From Armatimonadota bacterium (lineage in GTDB: Bacteria; Sysuimicrobiota; Sysuimicrobiia; Sysuimicrobiales; Kaftiobacteriaceae): a stretch of 64,000 nucleotides of DNA. The position numbers and the translations under genes were made by a program. Positions 1 to 9,233 of this stretch are shown here, piece after piece. Position 1 is the first letter of the stretch; each line of letters begins with the position of its first letter. A model generated the notes under the pieces. It was not told the DNA's origin. It was given only the letters and a program-made list of their open reading frames with translations, and did no database searches. The stretch spans positions 1 through 64,000 of the forward strand of contig JBBIUY010000010.1 in assembly GCA_037440005.1 (NCBI GenBank), read 5' to 3'.

Positions 1-303
1 TGCCGCCGGCCGCGGTCGGACCAGCGGCACAAAGGGGTCGGGCCGCCCGGTGGGGCCGGTGGGGACCTGCCCCGCCTGCGGGGCCGGAGCCGCCGGAGCG
101 GGCGCGGCCGCCTGAGGCGGTGGAGCGGGCTGGGCCGTCGTCGGAGCGGGTGCCGGGCGCTGGGCCGGAGGCGGAGGAGGCGGCGGGGCCGTCCCCGTGA
201 AGAGCCTGCCGGCCACCAGGTATCCCGCCAGCAGCACCAGCAGGACGACCAGACCCCACCCCGCAATGGGGTTTTTCTTCAAGAAGGCGCGGATCCTCTC
301 CAT
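1..303 (-). CDS. PilP-like T4P alignment-complex protein (5' part; runs off the window)
   Basis: Manual translation from ATG at 303: MERIRAFLKKNPIAGWGLVVLLVLLAGYLVAG, then a Pro/Ala-rich linker, then GRPDPFVPL (RDPF-like motif). Directly follows pilO. Confidence 0.6.
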   Translation of the reverse strand, partial: MERIRAFLKKNPIAGWGLVVLLVLLAGYLVAGRLFTGTAPPPPPPPAQRPAPAPTTAQPAPPPQAAAPAPAAPAPQAGQVPTGPTGRPDPFVPLVRPRPAA

Positions 304-316
304 CTAGCGGGCCTCC

Positions 317-910
317 CTAACGGGCCCCCCGCGGCAGCACATACGTTTCCGCCTCGACGTTGAGCGTCAGCTCCGGCAAAGTGCGGGGATCGATGGCCAG
401 GCTGCGGACGGCGATCATCCGCGGGAAGTCTTTCAGGGCCGCCATCAGCCGGATCGTCTCGTCGTAGGTGGCCTGGATGGTCATGGCGATGGGAAACCGC
501 AGGTACGCCGGCGCCGCCGGCGGCGCCTGCTGGCCTCCCCCGGCCGGCTGCGGTTGCGACTGCCCGGCGGTGGCCGCCTGCAGCTGGGAGGGACGGATGG
601 ACTGGAGGCTGACGCCCACCGTCCGGCTGAGGCGCTCCAGCTGGACCAGCAACGCCGGCGTCTCCTTCTGGGCCGGCAGGCGGGTCTCGATCTGGGCGAT
701 GAAGGCCGACAGCCTCTGGTACTCCTCCTGCAGCCGCGTGATCTGGGCGGCGGTGGCCCGCATGCGGTCCCGCTGCGCCGTCTGCGCCGCCAGCTGGTCG
801 GTCAGGCGCCGGATCTCCGCCTGCTTGGGGGCGTAGATGTAGTAGTAGAACAGGAGCAGGACCCCGACGGTGCCGACCACGATGAGCAGGACGCGCTCGC
901 GGCGGGTCAT
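317..910 (-). CDS. pilO: Type IV pilus assembly protein PilO
   Basis: ATG at 910 (MTRRERVLL) overlaps the pilN stop. N-terminal TM, coiled coil, LPAQKETPALL motif; position in pilMNO. Confidence 0.85.
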   Translation of the reverse strand: MTRRERVLLIVVGTVGVLLLFYYYIYAPKQAEIRRLTDQLAAQTAQRDRMRATAAQITRLQEEYQRLSAFIAQIETRLPAQKETPALLVQLERLSRTVGVSLQSIRPSQLQAATAGQSQPQPAGGGQQAPPAAPAYLRFPIAMTIQATYDETIRLMAALKDFPRMIAVRSLAIDPRTLPELTLNVEAETYVLPRGAR

Positions 911-1467
911 GGGACTCCCGCCTCCTTCCGGGGCGGGGTGAGCCGGGCCGACACCGAGAAGTTGGCCACCTCGCGGCCCTCCTGGACCTGCTTTTGGACG
1001 ATGTTCAGGTCCGCCCCCTCGAACAAGGGCGAGGCGTCCAGGTTGACCATGAAGCGGGCGACGGCCTCGTAGCTGAGGCCGAACCCGTTGAAGGTGAGGT
1101 TGCCGTCGGGGCGGGCCTCCACCCGGATCAGCCACACGTCGGCGGGGACGATGCGCCGCAGCTCGACCAGCATCTCATCCCACGGGATGCGCAGGGCCTC
1201 CAGCTGGCGCAGCAGCTGCTCTTTGCGCCGGGCCTCGGCGATCTGGCGCTGCAGGGCCTCCACCTCGGCCACCCGGGGCCGGAGCTGCTCGATCTCCCGG
1301 TTGACTCCCTCCAGCTCCGACCGCAGCCCGGCGATCCGGGCGTTGAGGACCACCGTGGCCGCGGCCACCGCCACCAGCACCGCCACAAACGCCAGGGCCA
1401 CCAGCAGCCGCGGCGCGATCGCCGGCCGGCGGACCCGTTCCCGCGGCAGGAGGTTGATCTTGATCAT
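907..1467 (-). CDS. pilN: Type IV pilus assembly protein PilN
   Basis: N-terminal INLLP motif, TM helix, coiled coil; overlaps the pilM stop. Confidence 0.92.
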   Translation of the reverse strand: MIKINLLPRERVRRPAIAPRLLVALAFVAVLVAVAAATVVLNARIAGLRSELEGVNREIEQLRPRVAEVEALQRQIAEARRKEQLLRQLEALRIPWDEMLVELRRIVPADVWLIRVEARPDGNLTFNGFGLSYEAVARFMVNLDASPLFEGADLNIVQKQVQEGREVANFSVSARLTPPRKEAGVP

Positions 1468-2549
1468 CGCTCGGCGGCTCCCCGCATGGCCAGCCCGACG
1501 GCGGTGGCCAGGGACGGCCCCAGTTGCCTGCGCTGGTCGGCGGGCAGGAGCCGGTCGGGGACGTCGCAGGACAGGAACGGGTCGCCCACCACCGTCTCCA
1601 CGCCCAGTTCCAGGGACAGGAACCGGTCCAGGTTCTGCAGGCGGGCCGTGCCGCCGCTGATGACCACCTTCCCGACGCGGCTCTCCCGCCAGCGGGTCTG
1701 GAAGTAGTCCATCGAGCGGCGGATCTCCGTGGCCAGGTCTCCCAGGATCGGGAGCATGGCGTCGTGCACGGCCAGGACGGTCCGGTCGTCGGGCAGGGGC
1801 TCGCCCTCCAGGAGGACGACGCCCTTGTCTTCCTTCAGCTGGGCGGCCGAGGAGAACTCCATGTCCAGGCGGGACGCCACCGCCTTGGTGAGATTGTCCC
1901 CGCCGATGTTGATGTTGCGGGTCAGGCGCAGCTGGCGCCCCTCGACGATCACGATGTCGGTGGTCTCCCCGCCGATGTCCACGAAAACCGTGGCCGTCCC
2001 CTCTCCGTCGGCCTGAGGCTGCAGGGCCCGGATGACGGCGAAGGACTCCACGTCCAGCACGAACGGCTGCACGCCGGCGGCCTCCAGGGCCTGCACGTGC
2101 CGGTCCACGACCTCCCGGCGGGCGGCCACCAGCAGGACCACGATCTTGCGCTGGTTCTCTTCCACCGTCTCGCCGATCACGTCGAAGTCCATGTTGACCT
2201 CGCGCACCCCGTAGGGGATGTAGCGCTCGGCCTCAAAGCGGGCGGCCTGCTTGAGTTCGTCCGGGGACATGGGCGGCAGCTTCAGCTCCCGGACGATGAC
2301 GGCCTGCCCTCCCACGGCGGAGACGACCCGGCCGGGCCGGATGCCGGCCCGGGCCAGGACCTGGCGGATGGCCAGCCCCAGGGCCTGGGGCTCCACCACG
2401 GCCCCCTCCTTGACCGCCCCCGGAGGGGTCTCCCCCCACCCGGCGTGCAGCACCCGGTAGCGGGCCCCCGCCGGGGCCAGTTCGACGGCCTTGACGGTGT
2501 GGCTGCCGACGTCGATGCCCACAAACCGCCTGGGTCCAAACAGCGCCAT
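1464..2549 (-). CDS. pilM: Type IV pilus assembly protein PilM
   Basis: Actin-like motifs GIDVGSHTVK, VDIGGETT, ISGGTA and C-terminal AVGLAMR. Confidence 0.95.
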   Translation of the reverse strand: MALFGPRRFVGIDVGSHTVKAVELAPAGARYRVLHAGWGETPPGAVKEGAVVEPQALGLAIRQVLARAGIRPGRVVSAVGGQAVIVRELKLPPMSPDELKQAARFEAERYIPYGVREVNMDFDVIGETVEENQRKIVVLLVAARREVVDRHVQALEAAGVQPFVLDVESFAVIRALQPQADGEGTATVFVDIGGETTDIVIVEGRQLRLTRNINIGGDNLTKAVASRLDMEFSSAAQLKEDKGVVLLEGEPLPDDRTVLAVHDAMLPILGDLATEIRRSMDYFQTRWRESRVGKVVISGGTARLQNLDRFLSLELGVETVVGDPFLSCDVPDRLLPADQRRQLGPSLATAVGLAMRGAAER

Positions 2550-2738
2550 CTGCCCGTCCCGCCCTTTCAGCGAACCTGCGTTTGGGACGCCGCGCTAGGC
2601 AACACTTCCCACTTCGGCCCGCAATTCCTGCAGGCTTCCATGGAAACGGCCCAGATTCTCCCTGCCCCGCCCGGAGGACTCTCAGTCCCCCGGAGGCCCG
2701 CCGGCACCGGGCCGCAGGAGGGGCGCCAGACTAGCCTG

Positions 2739-4436
2739 CTACCGTTCCCACCAGGCCCGGCCGAGCACCGTGGAGCGGCCGGTGGGCGCGCTGCCGCCCA
2801 CGTTGGCGCCGCCTTCGACGGTGATGTTGCCGATCAGCTTCAAGGTCTCCTTGGCCACCAGACCGCCGTGGACGTTCACGTTGCCCGTGCCGGCCTGGAG
2901 GGTCCCGTTGACGATGATCGTCCCCCAGTACTCGAACGTCCCGTTCACCACCAGGTTGCCGTTGACGACGATGTTGCCGTGCCCGGCGATGTTGCCGTTG
3001 ATGGTCCAGTCGCCCTCCAGCACCAGGGTCACCTGCCGGGACGTGGTACACCCCGACATCTCCGGGGACTTGCAGCCCAGGTCGGTGGTGATGGTGCTGC
3101 CGTCCGGGGCCGTGCAGGTGATCGGCAGCGAGTTCAGCACGCCGCCGCCGCTCATCTTGCAGGTGTAGTTGTTGGTCAGGCTGCTGACCTGGGGGAACGG
3201 GGGCACCGCCGCGAACTGGGGGTAGGTCACCAGGTCGGGCTCTTTGCCGTTGGGCAGGCAGATGTCGTCGGGGCAGGGACTGGTGCCGCTGCGCTTTTCC
3301 AGCCGCATCTTCACCTCGTTGAAGCGCCAGTAGTTCTTCAGGTACTGCTCCCAGACCACGTGCTTGAACCAGATGGGGTCGGGCGTGCCGTCGCCGTTGA
3401 GGTCCACCGGCAGCCCGTTCTCGTCGTAGACGATCTCCGACACCCACTTGTAGGGCAGGCCGCAGGGGAACAGGTCGGGGTCCAGCTGCGAGGGAACAGG
3501 GCCGCCGCCGTCGGGGTCGTCTTTGTCAAAGCCGTAGACCGGCTCGCCGCTGGCGTCGGTGTTGTCCTGCTTGCGGCCGCTGAAGGTGACGGTGTAGGCA
3601 GGGTTGGTGGGGGTGCAGGAGGGGTAGGTGGCCGTCGCGTCGGCCGCAAACGCCAGGATGTCCCGGCCCAGGGCGCTGGTTTCCGGCTCCCCCAGCCGGG
3701 TGGCGGGGTACCACTTGGTGGTGTCGTCGGGCGGGTTGGGGTCGGTGCACGGCCTCCTGTAGCAGAACGGGATGGCGCCGGGGGCGGTCTTGCTGATCCG
3801 CCAGCCCGTGTACGTGTACGACTCCGCCGGCGGCAGGTTCTTGTACTGGATGAAGGTGCGGGCGTACACGTCGCCGGCGCTGATGTCGGCGCTGCCCGTC
3901 TCGCTGACGCTGGCCGCGAACGTCACGTTGGGCGGAAACGCGGTCTGCTGCTGCAGGACCAGGGCGCTGAGCCGCCGCGTGGCGCGCCCGGCGGTGGCGT
4001 CGGAGCGGATCTCCAGGTACGCCGAGTTGGTCCCCACGTACTGCCGGACCACGGTCACGTTCACGGTGGCCCCGGGCACCGCCCCGGCGCCCACCAGCGA
4101 GCTGGAGAATCCGGCCAGATAGGGCCGGCCCTCCGCCACCCGGGTCATGGCCTCCTGGATCCCGGCCTGGGCCAGGTCGGCGGCCCGGGCGCTGTCCCGC
4201 TGCAGGCCGGCGATGACGATCTCGTTGCCGGCGGCGGTCAGCATGGCGGTGATCAGGATGAACGTGAGGACGACGAACAGCAGCACGGTGACCAGCGCGG
4301 CGCCCTCGTCGCGCACGCGCGGAAGCGCGCACGCGCGGAAGCGCGCCCCCCCGACCACCCGACCGCGCGACCGCCCGACCACCCGACCACCCGACCGCGC
4401 GACCGCCCGACCGCCCGACCACCCGTTCTTTACCAT
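2739..4436 (-). CDS. Large PilX-like minor pilin / putative tip adhesin
   Basis: EG|AALVTVLLFV prepilin site without Glu5 and ARAADLAQAGIQEA helix. Cys-rich body, DLNGDG motif, C-terminal Gly/Asn/Val beta-repeats. ATG 4436 has a GAGGA SD; alternative GTG at 4316. Confidence 0.75.
   Translation of the reverse strand: MVKNGWSGGRAVARSGGRVVGRSRGRVVGGARFRACALPRVRDEGAALVTVLLFVVLTFILITAMLTAAGNEIVIAGLQRDSARAADLAQAGIQEAMTRVAEGRPYLAGFSSSLVGAGAVPGATVNVTVVRQYVGTNSAYLEIRSDATAGRATRRLSALVLQQQTAFPPNVTFAASVSETGSADISAGDVYARTFIQYKNLPPAESYTYTGWRISKTAPGAIPFCYRRPCTDPNPPDDTTKWYPATRLGEPETSALGRDILAFAADATATYPSCTPTNPAYTVTFSGRKQDNTDASGEPVYGFDKDDPDGGGPVPSQLDPDLFPCGLPYKWVSEIVYDENGLPVDLNGDGTPDPIWFKHVVWEQYLKNYWRFNEVKMRLEKRSGTSPCPDDICLPNGKEPDLVTYPQFAAVPPFPQVSSLTNNYTCKMSGGGVLNSLPITCTAPDGSTITTDLGCKSPEMSGCTTSRQVTLVLEGDWTINGNIAGHGNIVVNGNLVVNGTFEYWGTIIVNGTLQAGTGNVNVHGGLVAKETLKLIGNITVEGGANVGGSAPTGRSTVLGRAWWER
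4311..4422. repeat. 14 tandem degenerate 8-bp units (CCGACCRC/GCGACCGC/GCGGAAGC) inside the pilX-like leader
   Basis: 8-nt periodicity read directly from 4311 to 4422. Confidence 0.9.
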
Positions 4437-4485
4437 CTTCCTCACCCGCTCCTCACGAAAAATCCTCGCCCCTGCCGGAGCCAGG

Positions 4486-5241
4486 TCAGTTGCGCGTCAA
4501 AGACCCCCCCGGCAGCAGGATCTCCTGCTCGGGCAGGGCCCGACCCTGCACCACCTCGGTCCCCTTCACCTTCAAACGCACCGTCAGCAGCCCTCCGGAC
4601 TGGGTGACGTCGAAGCTCTCCACCATAGTGGCGATCACGTCCCCGCCGGTCAGCCACGCCAGCGACAGCGTCTCGGTGGGGGTGGACAGCTGGCCGGTCA
4701 CCCTTCTCAGCTCGTGCAGCCCGTCGGGGGTGTCCACCACGTAGTAGCCCACGTAGCGCTGCCAGATGGGCAGGTAGCGCATGCACGGCGAGCCGTCGGG
4801 CGTGTCGCAGGGCGGCGGATACGGCGGGTCGCCGGTGGTCAGGGAGGGCTTGGGGGGGTCGGTCCCGGTGAAGTCCTCGTAGCAGTACCGGTTGTACAGC
4901 GGCTCGGTCTCGGTGCGCGTGTACAGGCAGAACACCGCCTGGTCCCGGCCCAGCCGCGCCGACTTGAACAGCACCCGGGCGTGGCCGGCCCCCAAGCTGG
5001 TGTCCACGACCAGCTGGGAGGCGCTGGTCTCCCGCAGCTCCCGGGTGACCCGGTCCACCGCCACCCGGGCGTTCTGGGCGACGTCGGCGGCCACCTCGAC
5101 CTTGCGGGAACTGGTGCGGGCGCTGCTGAAGACCGCGTCGATCATCAGGATGAACAGTCCGAAGACCGCCAGGGCCACCAGCATCTCCACCAGGGTGACC
5201 CCACCCTCCGACCGGTGGAACCGCCGCACGGCGCGCGTCAC
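4486..5241 (-). CDS. Minor pilin, PilW-like
   Basis: GTG 5241 overlaps the previous stop; G|VTLVEMLVAL N-methylation motif. Confidence 0.85.
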   Translation of the reverse strand: MTRAVRRFHRSEGGVTLVEMLVALAVFGLFILMIDAVFSSARTSSRKVEVAADVAQNARVAVDRVTRELRETSASQLVVDTSLGAGHARVLFKSARLGRDQAVFCLYTRTETEPLYNRYCYEDFTGTDPPKPSLTTGDPPYPPPCDTPDGSPCMRYLPIWQRYVGYYVVDTPDGLHELRRVTGQLSTPTETLSLAWLTGGDVIATMVESFDVTQSGGLLTVRLKVKGTEVVQGRALPEQEILLPGGSLTRN

Positions 5242-5768
5242 GGCAGGCCCCCCGCCACGAAGCGGTCGAGGGTCAGCGTGCGGGTCGCCGAGCGGTACCG
5301 CCAGGTCAGGACCGACCGGACCCGGACCAGGTACTCGGTGGACGGCGCGGTGTCGCAGGTGGAGGTGTGGACGTAGCGCCGCACTGAGTCGTCCCAGCAC
5401 CAGCGCTCGATGGTCACGTCCAGCCGCCGCCAGTCCAGCTGGTAGGGCTGGCCGGGGGGCGTGGGCCAGCCCGACAGCCCGGACGACGCCAGGTTGGCCG
5501 ACGGACAGTCCGGACCGTCGCAGTAGACGCCGGGGACCAGGGCGGCGGTGTTCTGGGCGGCCACGTACTCGTGGAACGCCTGCAGGTACACTGAGGCCGC
5601 GGTGGCGTCCTTGGCCGAACGGGTCGTGGAGAACCCCGTGGGGAAGCCTTCCAGGAAGCCTCCGGAGCTGGTCGCCCCCAGCACGCCCAGGGCGCCGACG
5701 ACCACCACGGCGAAGATGGCCAGGGACACCAGGACTTCCAGCAGGGTGAACCCGCGCTGGTCGCTCAT
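5238..5768 (-). CDS. Minor pilin, PilV-like
   Basis: MSDQRG|FTLLEVLVSL prepilin motif. Confidence 0.85.
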   Translation of the reverse strand: MSDQRGFTLLEVLVSLAIFAVVVVGALGVLGATSSGGFLEGFPTGFSTTRSAKDATAASVYLQAFHEYVAAQNTAALVPGVYCDGPDCPSANLASSGLSGWPTPPGQPYQLDWRRLDVTIERWCWDDSVRRYVHTSTCDTAPSTEYLVRVRSVLTWRYRSATRTLTLDRFVAGGLP

Positions 5769-6262
5769 GGCACCACGCTTACCCGCCCGGTGGCCGCCGT
5801 CACCCGGACGCTGACGCCCACACCGGACCGGCTCACCAGCCTCACGTCTCCACCAGATACCGCAAATCCCAGCGGACGAAACGTCACACATTTGTTGGAG
5901 GGGTCTCCGGGGGTCGTGCAGGAGGAGATCGTGCTGGCCGTCCCGTCGATCTGCACCGAGGCCGGCCACTCGCTCGCCACCGTCCTCTGGAGAGACGTCT
6001 GGCGGTAGACCTTCAGGCCGCCGGCGCTGCCGACCACGAACTCCACGGTGTAGTCCACCCCGGCGCTGACCGCGGCGGCGTGCGCCCGGCGCAGCTCGGA
6101 CGTCACCAGCGAGGCGGCCCGCCGCAGCTGAAAGGCATCGCTGGCCCGGCGGACGCCCAGCACCAGGATCCCCAGGACCAGGGAGGCCAGGCCGACCACC
6201 ACCACCAGCTCGATGAGCGAAAAGCCGGCCTGATCCCGCGCGCGCCGCGCTCTGCCCCTCAT
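5765..6262 (-). CDS. Minor pilin, FimT/GspH-like
   Basis: QAG|FSLIELVVVV, VTFRPLG and C-terminal ATGRV motifs. Confidence 0.85.
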   Translation of the reverse strand: MRGRARRARDQAGFSLIELVVVVGLASLVLGILVLGVRRASDAFQLRRAASLVTSELRRAHAAAVSAGVDYTVEFVVGSAGGLKVYRQTSLQRTVASEWPASVQIDGTASTISSCTTPGDPSNKCVTFRPLGFAVSGGDVRLVSRSGVGVSVRVTAATGRVSVVP

Positions 6263-6277
6263 GGGTCTCTTGTTGTC

Positions 6278-6303
6278 ATGCCCGGCCGGAGGCGGCCGTA
6301 GAC
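6278..6303 (-). promoter_or_regulatory. Putative SigB/F-type promoter GTCTAC-N14-GGGCAT
   Basis: Motif shared with four other T4P upstream regions; 16 nt before the minor-pilin operon start. Confidence 0.65.
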
Positions 6304-6383
6304 GGCGCACGCCGCCCGCGGGCTCGCCCAACTTCCACCAAGGCGCCAGAAAACTTCCGTCCGGATCCCCGACGCGCCCGGTC

Positions 6384-7139
6384 TCACAGGCTCAACCACC
6401 ACCGCAGGAGCACGTCTCCTGCCAGCAGGGCCACCACCCCGCCCGCGGCCAGGGCCGGGCCGAAGGGGATGGCGTCTTTGCGGGAGCGCCTGCCGGCCGC
6501 GATCAGCGCCAGTCCGGCCGCCGCCCCCACGACGAACGCCACCAGCAGCCCGACGGCGACGCCCGGCCATCCCAGAAACGCCCCCATCATCGCCGCCAGC
6601 TTGATGTCTCCCCCTCCCATGCCGCCCCGGCTGACCAGCGCCACCAGCAGGAAGAACGCCCCCGCCCCGGCGGCGGACAGCACCGCCGGGACCAGCGTGC
6701 CCTGCAGGGCGGCCAGGGCCAGCCCCGCGGCCAGGCCGGGATAGGTGATGGCGTTGGGGATGATCTGGTGGTCCAGGTCGATGAAGAACACCGCCAGCAG
6801 GCTGAGGCTGAACACGGCCGCGGAGGCCAGGCCGACCCACGCGCCCGCGGGGGCGTGGCGGTACCAGGCGGCCACCAGCAGCGCTCCGGCGGCGGCCTCC
6901 ACCAGCGGGTACCGCCACCCGATCGGCCCGCGGCATGCCCGGCAGCGCCCCCGCAACAGCAGGAAGCTCAGCAGCGGGACGTTGTCGGCGGCCCTGATGG
7001 GGGTTCCGCAGCGCGGGCACCGCGAGCCGGGCCGCACCAGCGACTGCCCCCGGGGCAGACGGTAGATCACGACGTTGAGGAAGCTGCCCAGGACCGTGCC
7101 CAGGACGAAGACGGCGGCGAGGACGGCAGGAGATGTCAT
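6384..7139 (-). CDS. pilD: Prepilin peptidase PilD
   Basis: GSFLNVVIYRLP, CPRC/CRAC Zn motifs, IDLDH, GMGGGDIKL, IPFGPAL. Confidence 0.97.
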   Translation of the reverse strand: MTSPAVLAAVFVLGTVLGSFLNVVIYRLPRGQSLVRPGSRCPRCGTPIRAADNVPLLSFLLLRGRCRACRGPIGWRYPLVEAAAGALLVAAWYRHAPAGAWVGLASAAVFSLSLLAVFFIDLDHQIIPNAITYPGLAAGLALAALQGTLVPAVLSAAGAGAFFLLVALVSRGGMGGGDIKLAAMMGAFLGWPGVAVGLLVAFVVGAAAGLALIAAGRRSRKDAIPFGPALAAGGVVALLAGDVLLRWWLSL

Positions 7140-7145
7140 CGGATC

Positions 7146-9233
7146 TTACGCGGCGGGGGCCCGGCCGCGCGGCGATGCGACGCCTGGAGGCGGCAGGCGA
7201 CGTGCCGCCGCGCGCAGGGCGTCCAGGGCCTCGCGGCAGGCGCGCACGTCGTCGGCGGTGGGCCGCCGTCTTCCGTATCGGGACGCTTCGAAGACGCGCA
7301 GGATCTCAGACGCGGGCGGGCGCGCCGGTTCGGGAAGCGCCGCCAGGAACTCCCGCGGGGTGAGGTGCGCCGGACGATGGTAGCCCCGCCGCCGCAGCAC
7401 CCTCTCCGCGCTGGCATACACCTGCTCCACCGGACCTCTCGCCCGGTCGGACCGAACACGCACCGCCCGCACCACTCCTGCGGCCGCGGCGGCGGCCACC
7501 GCGAGCGCCGCCAGCATGCCCGCCTTCTGCGGGATCCCCTGCGAGACGGAGCCGGCGAGACCGGCCATCTGGTCCCACGTCCACCGGGCGCCGTCTGCCA
7601 GCAGCCACTGTCCGGGAGGGTCGTCCTGGGTGGTCGGCACGGCAAATCCCGGGGTCGGGTCGAGCGCCACCCACCCTGCTCCGGGCTGGTACACCTCCAC
7701 CCAGGCGTGGGCGTCCGAGTTGCGGACCTCGTAGTAGCCCGTAAGGCGATTATACGTCCCCGTGGTGTACCCGGTCACCAGCCGGGCCGGCACTCCGACC
7801 GCGCGCAGCAGGACCGCCAGCGCGCTGCTGAACGCCTCGCAGGACCCCTGCCGCGTCACGAACAGGAAGTGGTCCACGGCGTCGGCGCCGGCCGGCAGCG
7901 CAGGCGCCTGCAGGGTGTACGTGCAGCAGGCGCGCAGGTACCGGGCGACCGCGGCGGCCTTCCGGTAGGGGCTGCCGCCGGCGGCCGTCAGGTCCTCCGC
8001 CAGCCGGCGGACGCGGTCGGGGAGCACGGGCAGCTGCAGGTAGCGGTCGCGCACCGACGGCGGGATCTCGCCGTGCTCCCGGACCAGCAGGGCCGGGGTG
8101 GGCGAGGGCATGCGGCTGATGACGCTGTAGACCATCCCGGGTTCCAGGCGGATCGGGCTGCGCAGGCCGGCGTAGCGGTCCACGGCGACCATCCCCGTGG
8201 GGAAGTACACCTCGAAGGGACGGTAGGCGGCGAAGACCACGTTGGGCTGGTCGGCCTCCACGTAGAAGGTCTGGACGACCTGTTCCGAGCCCGCCGGCCA
8301 CGGTTCGTCGGCTGCCAGCCGGACGGGAACGCGCACCTGGTCGGAGGCCAGCTCCTCCACCGAGCCGTCGGACATCCGCCAACCCTGGCCGGTGTACTCG
8401 TCGAACGCCAGGCCCCGCCAGAACGCCGGCCGGGTGGAGCGGACGCGCAGGACCAGCCTGTCGTCCAGCACGCCCCGCAGGCGCAGGTCCACGAAGGTGG
8501 AAAACCCCACGTAGCCCTGGGGGTTGAAGACCGCCTGCCGGTCCGCACCCGCCCGGTCGGCGTCGGGGTAGGCCGGGTTGACGACGCGGGTGTGCAGCCG
8601 ACCGGTCCACGGCAGCCGCGGCGAGACGGGCATCCACCGCACCCGCAGGCCCTCGCCCCGGGGGACCGCCACGAACACGACGGCACCCGCCAGCGCGACC
8701 GCCGTCCCCAGGCCCACCCCCGCGCGCGCCAGGCCGCGCGCGCCCGCCTCCGCCGGCCAGTGCAGGGCGGCCAGCGCCCCCGAGGCCGCCAGGGCGAAGA
8801 CCACCACCACCAGCCCGTAGGACAGGTCCCGCGCGTACGCCGCGCCCACGGCCATGAGGACGACGGCGCTGGCCAGCGAGTACTTCAGGTCCCGCCGCGC
8901 CGGCAGGTCGAAGCTGTGCAGGACCTGCAGCCACAGGAACAGCCGCACCAGCGGCACGCGCGGGTCGTAGGGGGTGGCCAGCAGGGTCCGGAAGAAGTCG
9001 CGGGCCACCACCAGGACCAGGACGGCGATCGCCGCCTTCAGCCAGGTGTTGCGACTGCGGCGGCGGAGGTAGCTGACCGCAAACCCCGCCACGATCGCCG
9101 CCCCCGCGGTCACCGCCTGGGCCGCGAACTCCTCCTGCACCCCCACCGCGGCGACCGCCACCAGCACGGCCCCCAGGGTCACCGCGCGGGCGAGCAGGGA
9201 CTCCTCTACACCCGGACGCTCACGCCGGCGCAT
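7146..9233 (-). CDS. Membrane transglutaminase-like protein (TgpA type)
   Basis: ATG 9233 (TGATG coupling). N-terminal TM helices; Cys-His-Asp triad in GSCEAF, DAHAWVEVY and LDPTP. Confidence 0.9.
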   Translation of the reverse strand: MRRRERPGVEESLLARAVTLGAVLVAVAAVGVQEEFAAQAVTAGAAIVAGFAVSYLRRRSRNTWLKAAIAVLVLVVARDFFRTLLATPYDPRVPLVRLFLWLQVLHSFDLPARRDLKYSLASAVVLMAVGAAYARDLSYGLVVVVFALAASGALAALHWPAEAGARGLARAGVGLGTAVALAGAVVFVAVPRGEGLRVRWMPVSPRLPWTGRLHTRVVNPAYPDADRAGADRQAVFNPQGYVGFSTFVDLRLRGVLDDRLVLRVRSTRPAFWRGLAFDEYTGQGWRMSDGSVEELASDQVRVPVRLAADEPWPAGSEQVVQTFYVEADQPNVVFAAYRPFEVYFPTGMVAVDRYAGLRSPIRLEPGMVYSVISRMPSPTPALLVREHGEIPPSVRDRYLQLPVLPDRVRRLAEDLTAAGGSPYRKAAAVARYLRACCTYTLQAPALPAGADAVDHFLFVTRQGSCEAFSSALAVLLRAVGVPARLVTGYTTGTYNRLTGYYEVRNSDAHAWVEVYQPGAGWVALDPTPGFAVPTTQDDPPGQWLLADGARWTWDQMAGLAGSVSQGIPQKAGMLAALAVAAAAAAGVVRAVRVRSDRARGPVEQVYASAERVLRRRGYHRPAHLTPREFLAALPEPARPPASEILRVFEASRYGRRRPTADDVRACREALDALRAAARRLPPPGVASPRGRAPAA

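Noticed and set aside
2590..2650. Regulon promoter upstream of pilM
   Set aside because: GCCTAG is present but not followed by GGGYAT at 14-15 nt; an AGGAATT..GAAG SigH-like pattern is a single weak instance.
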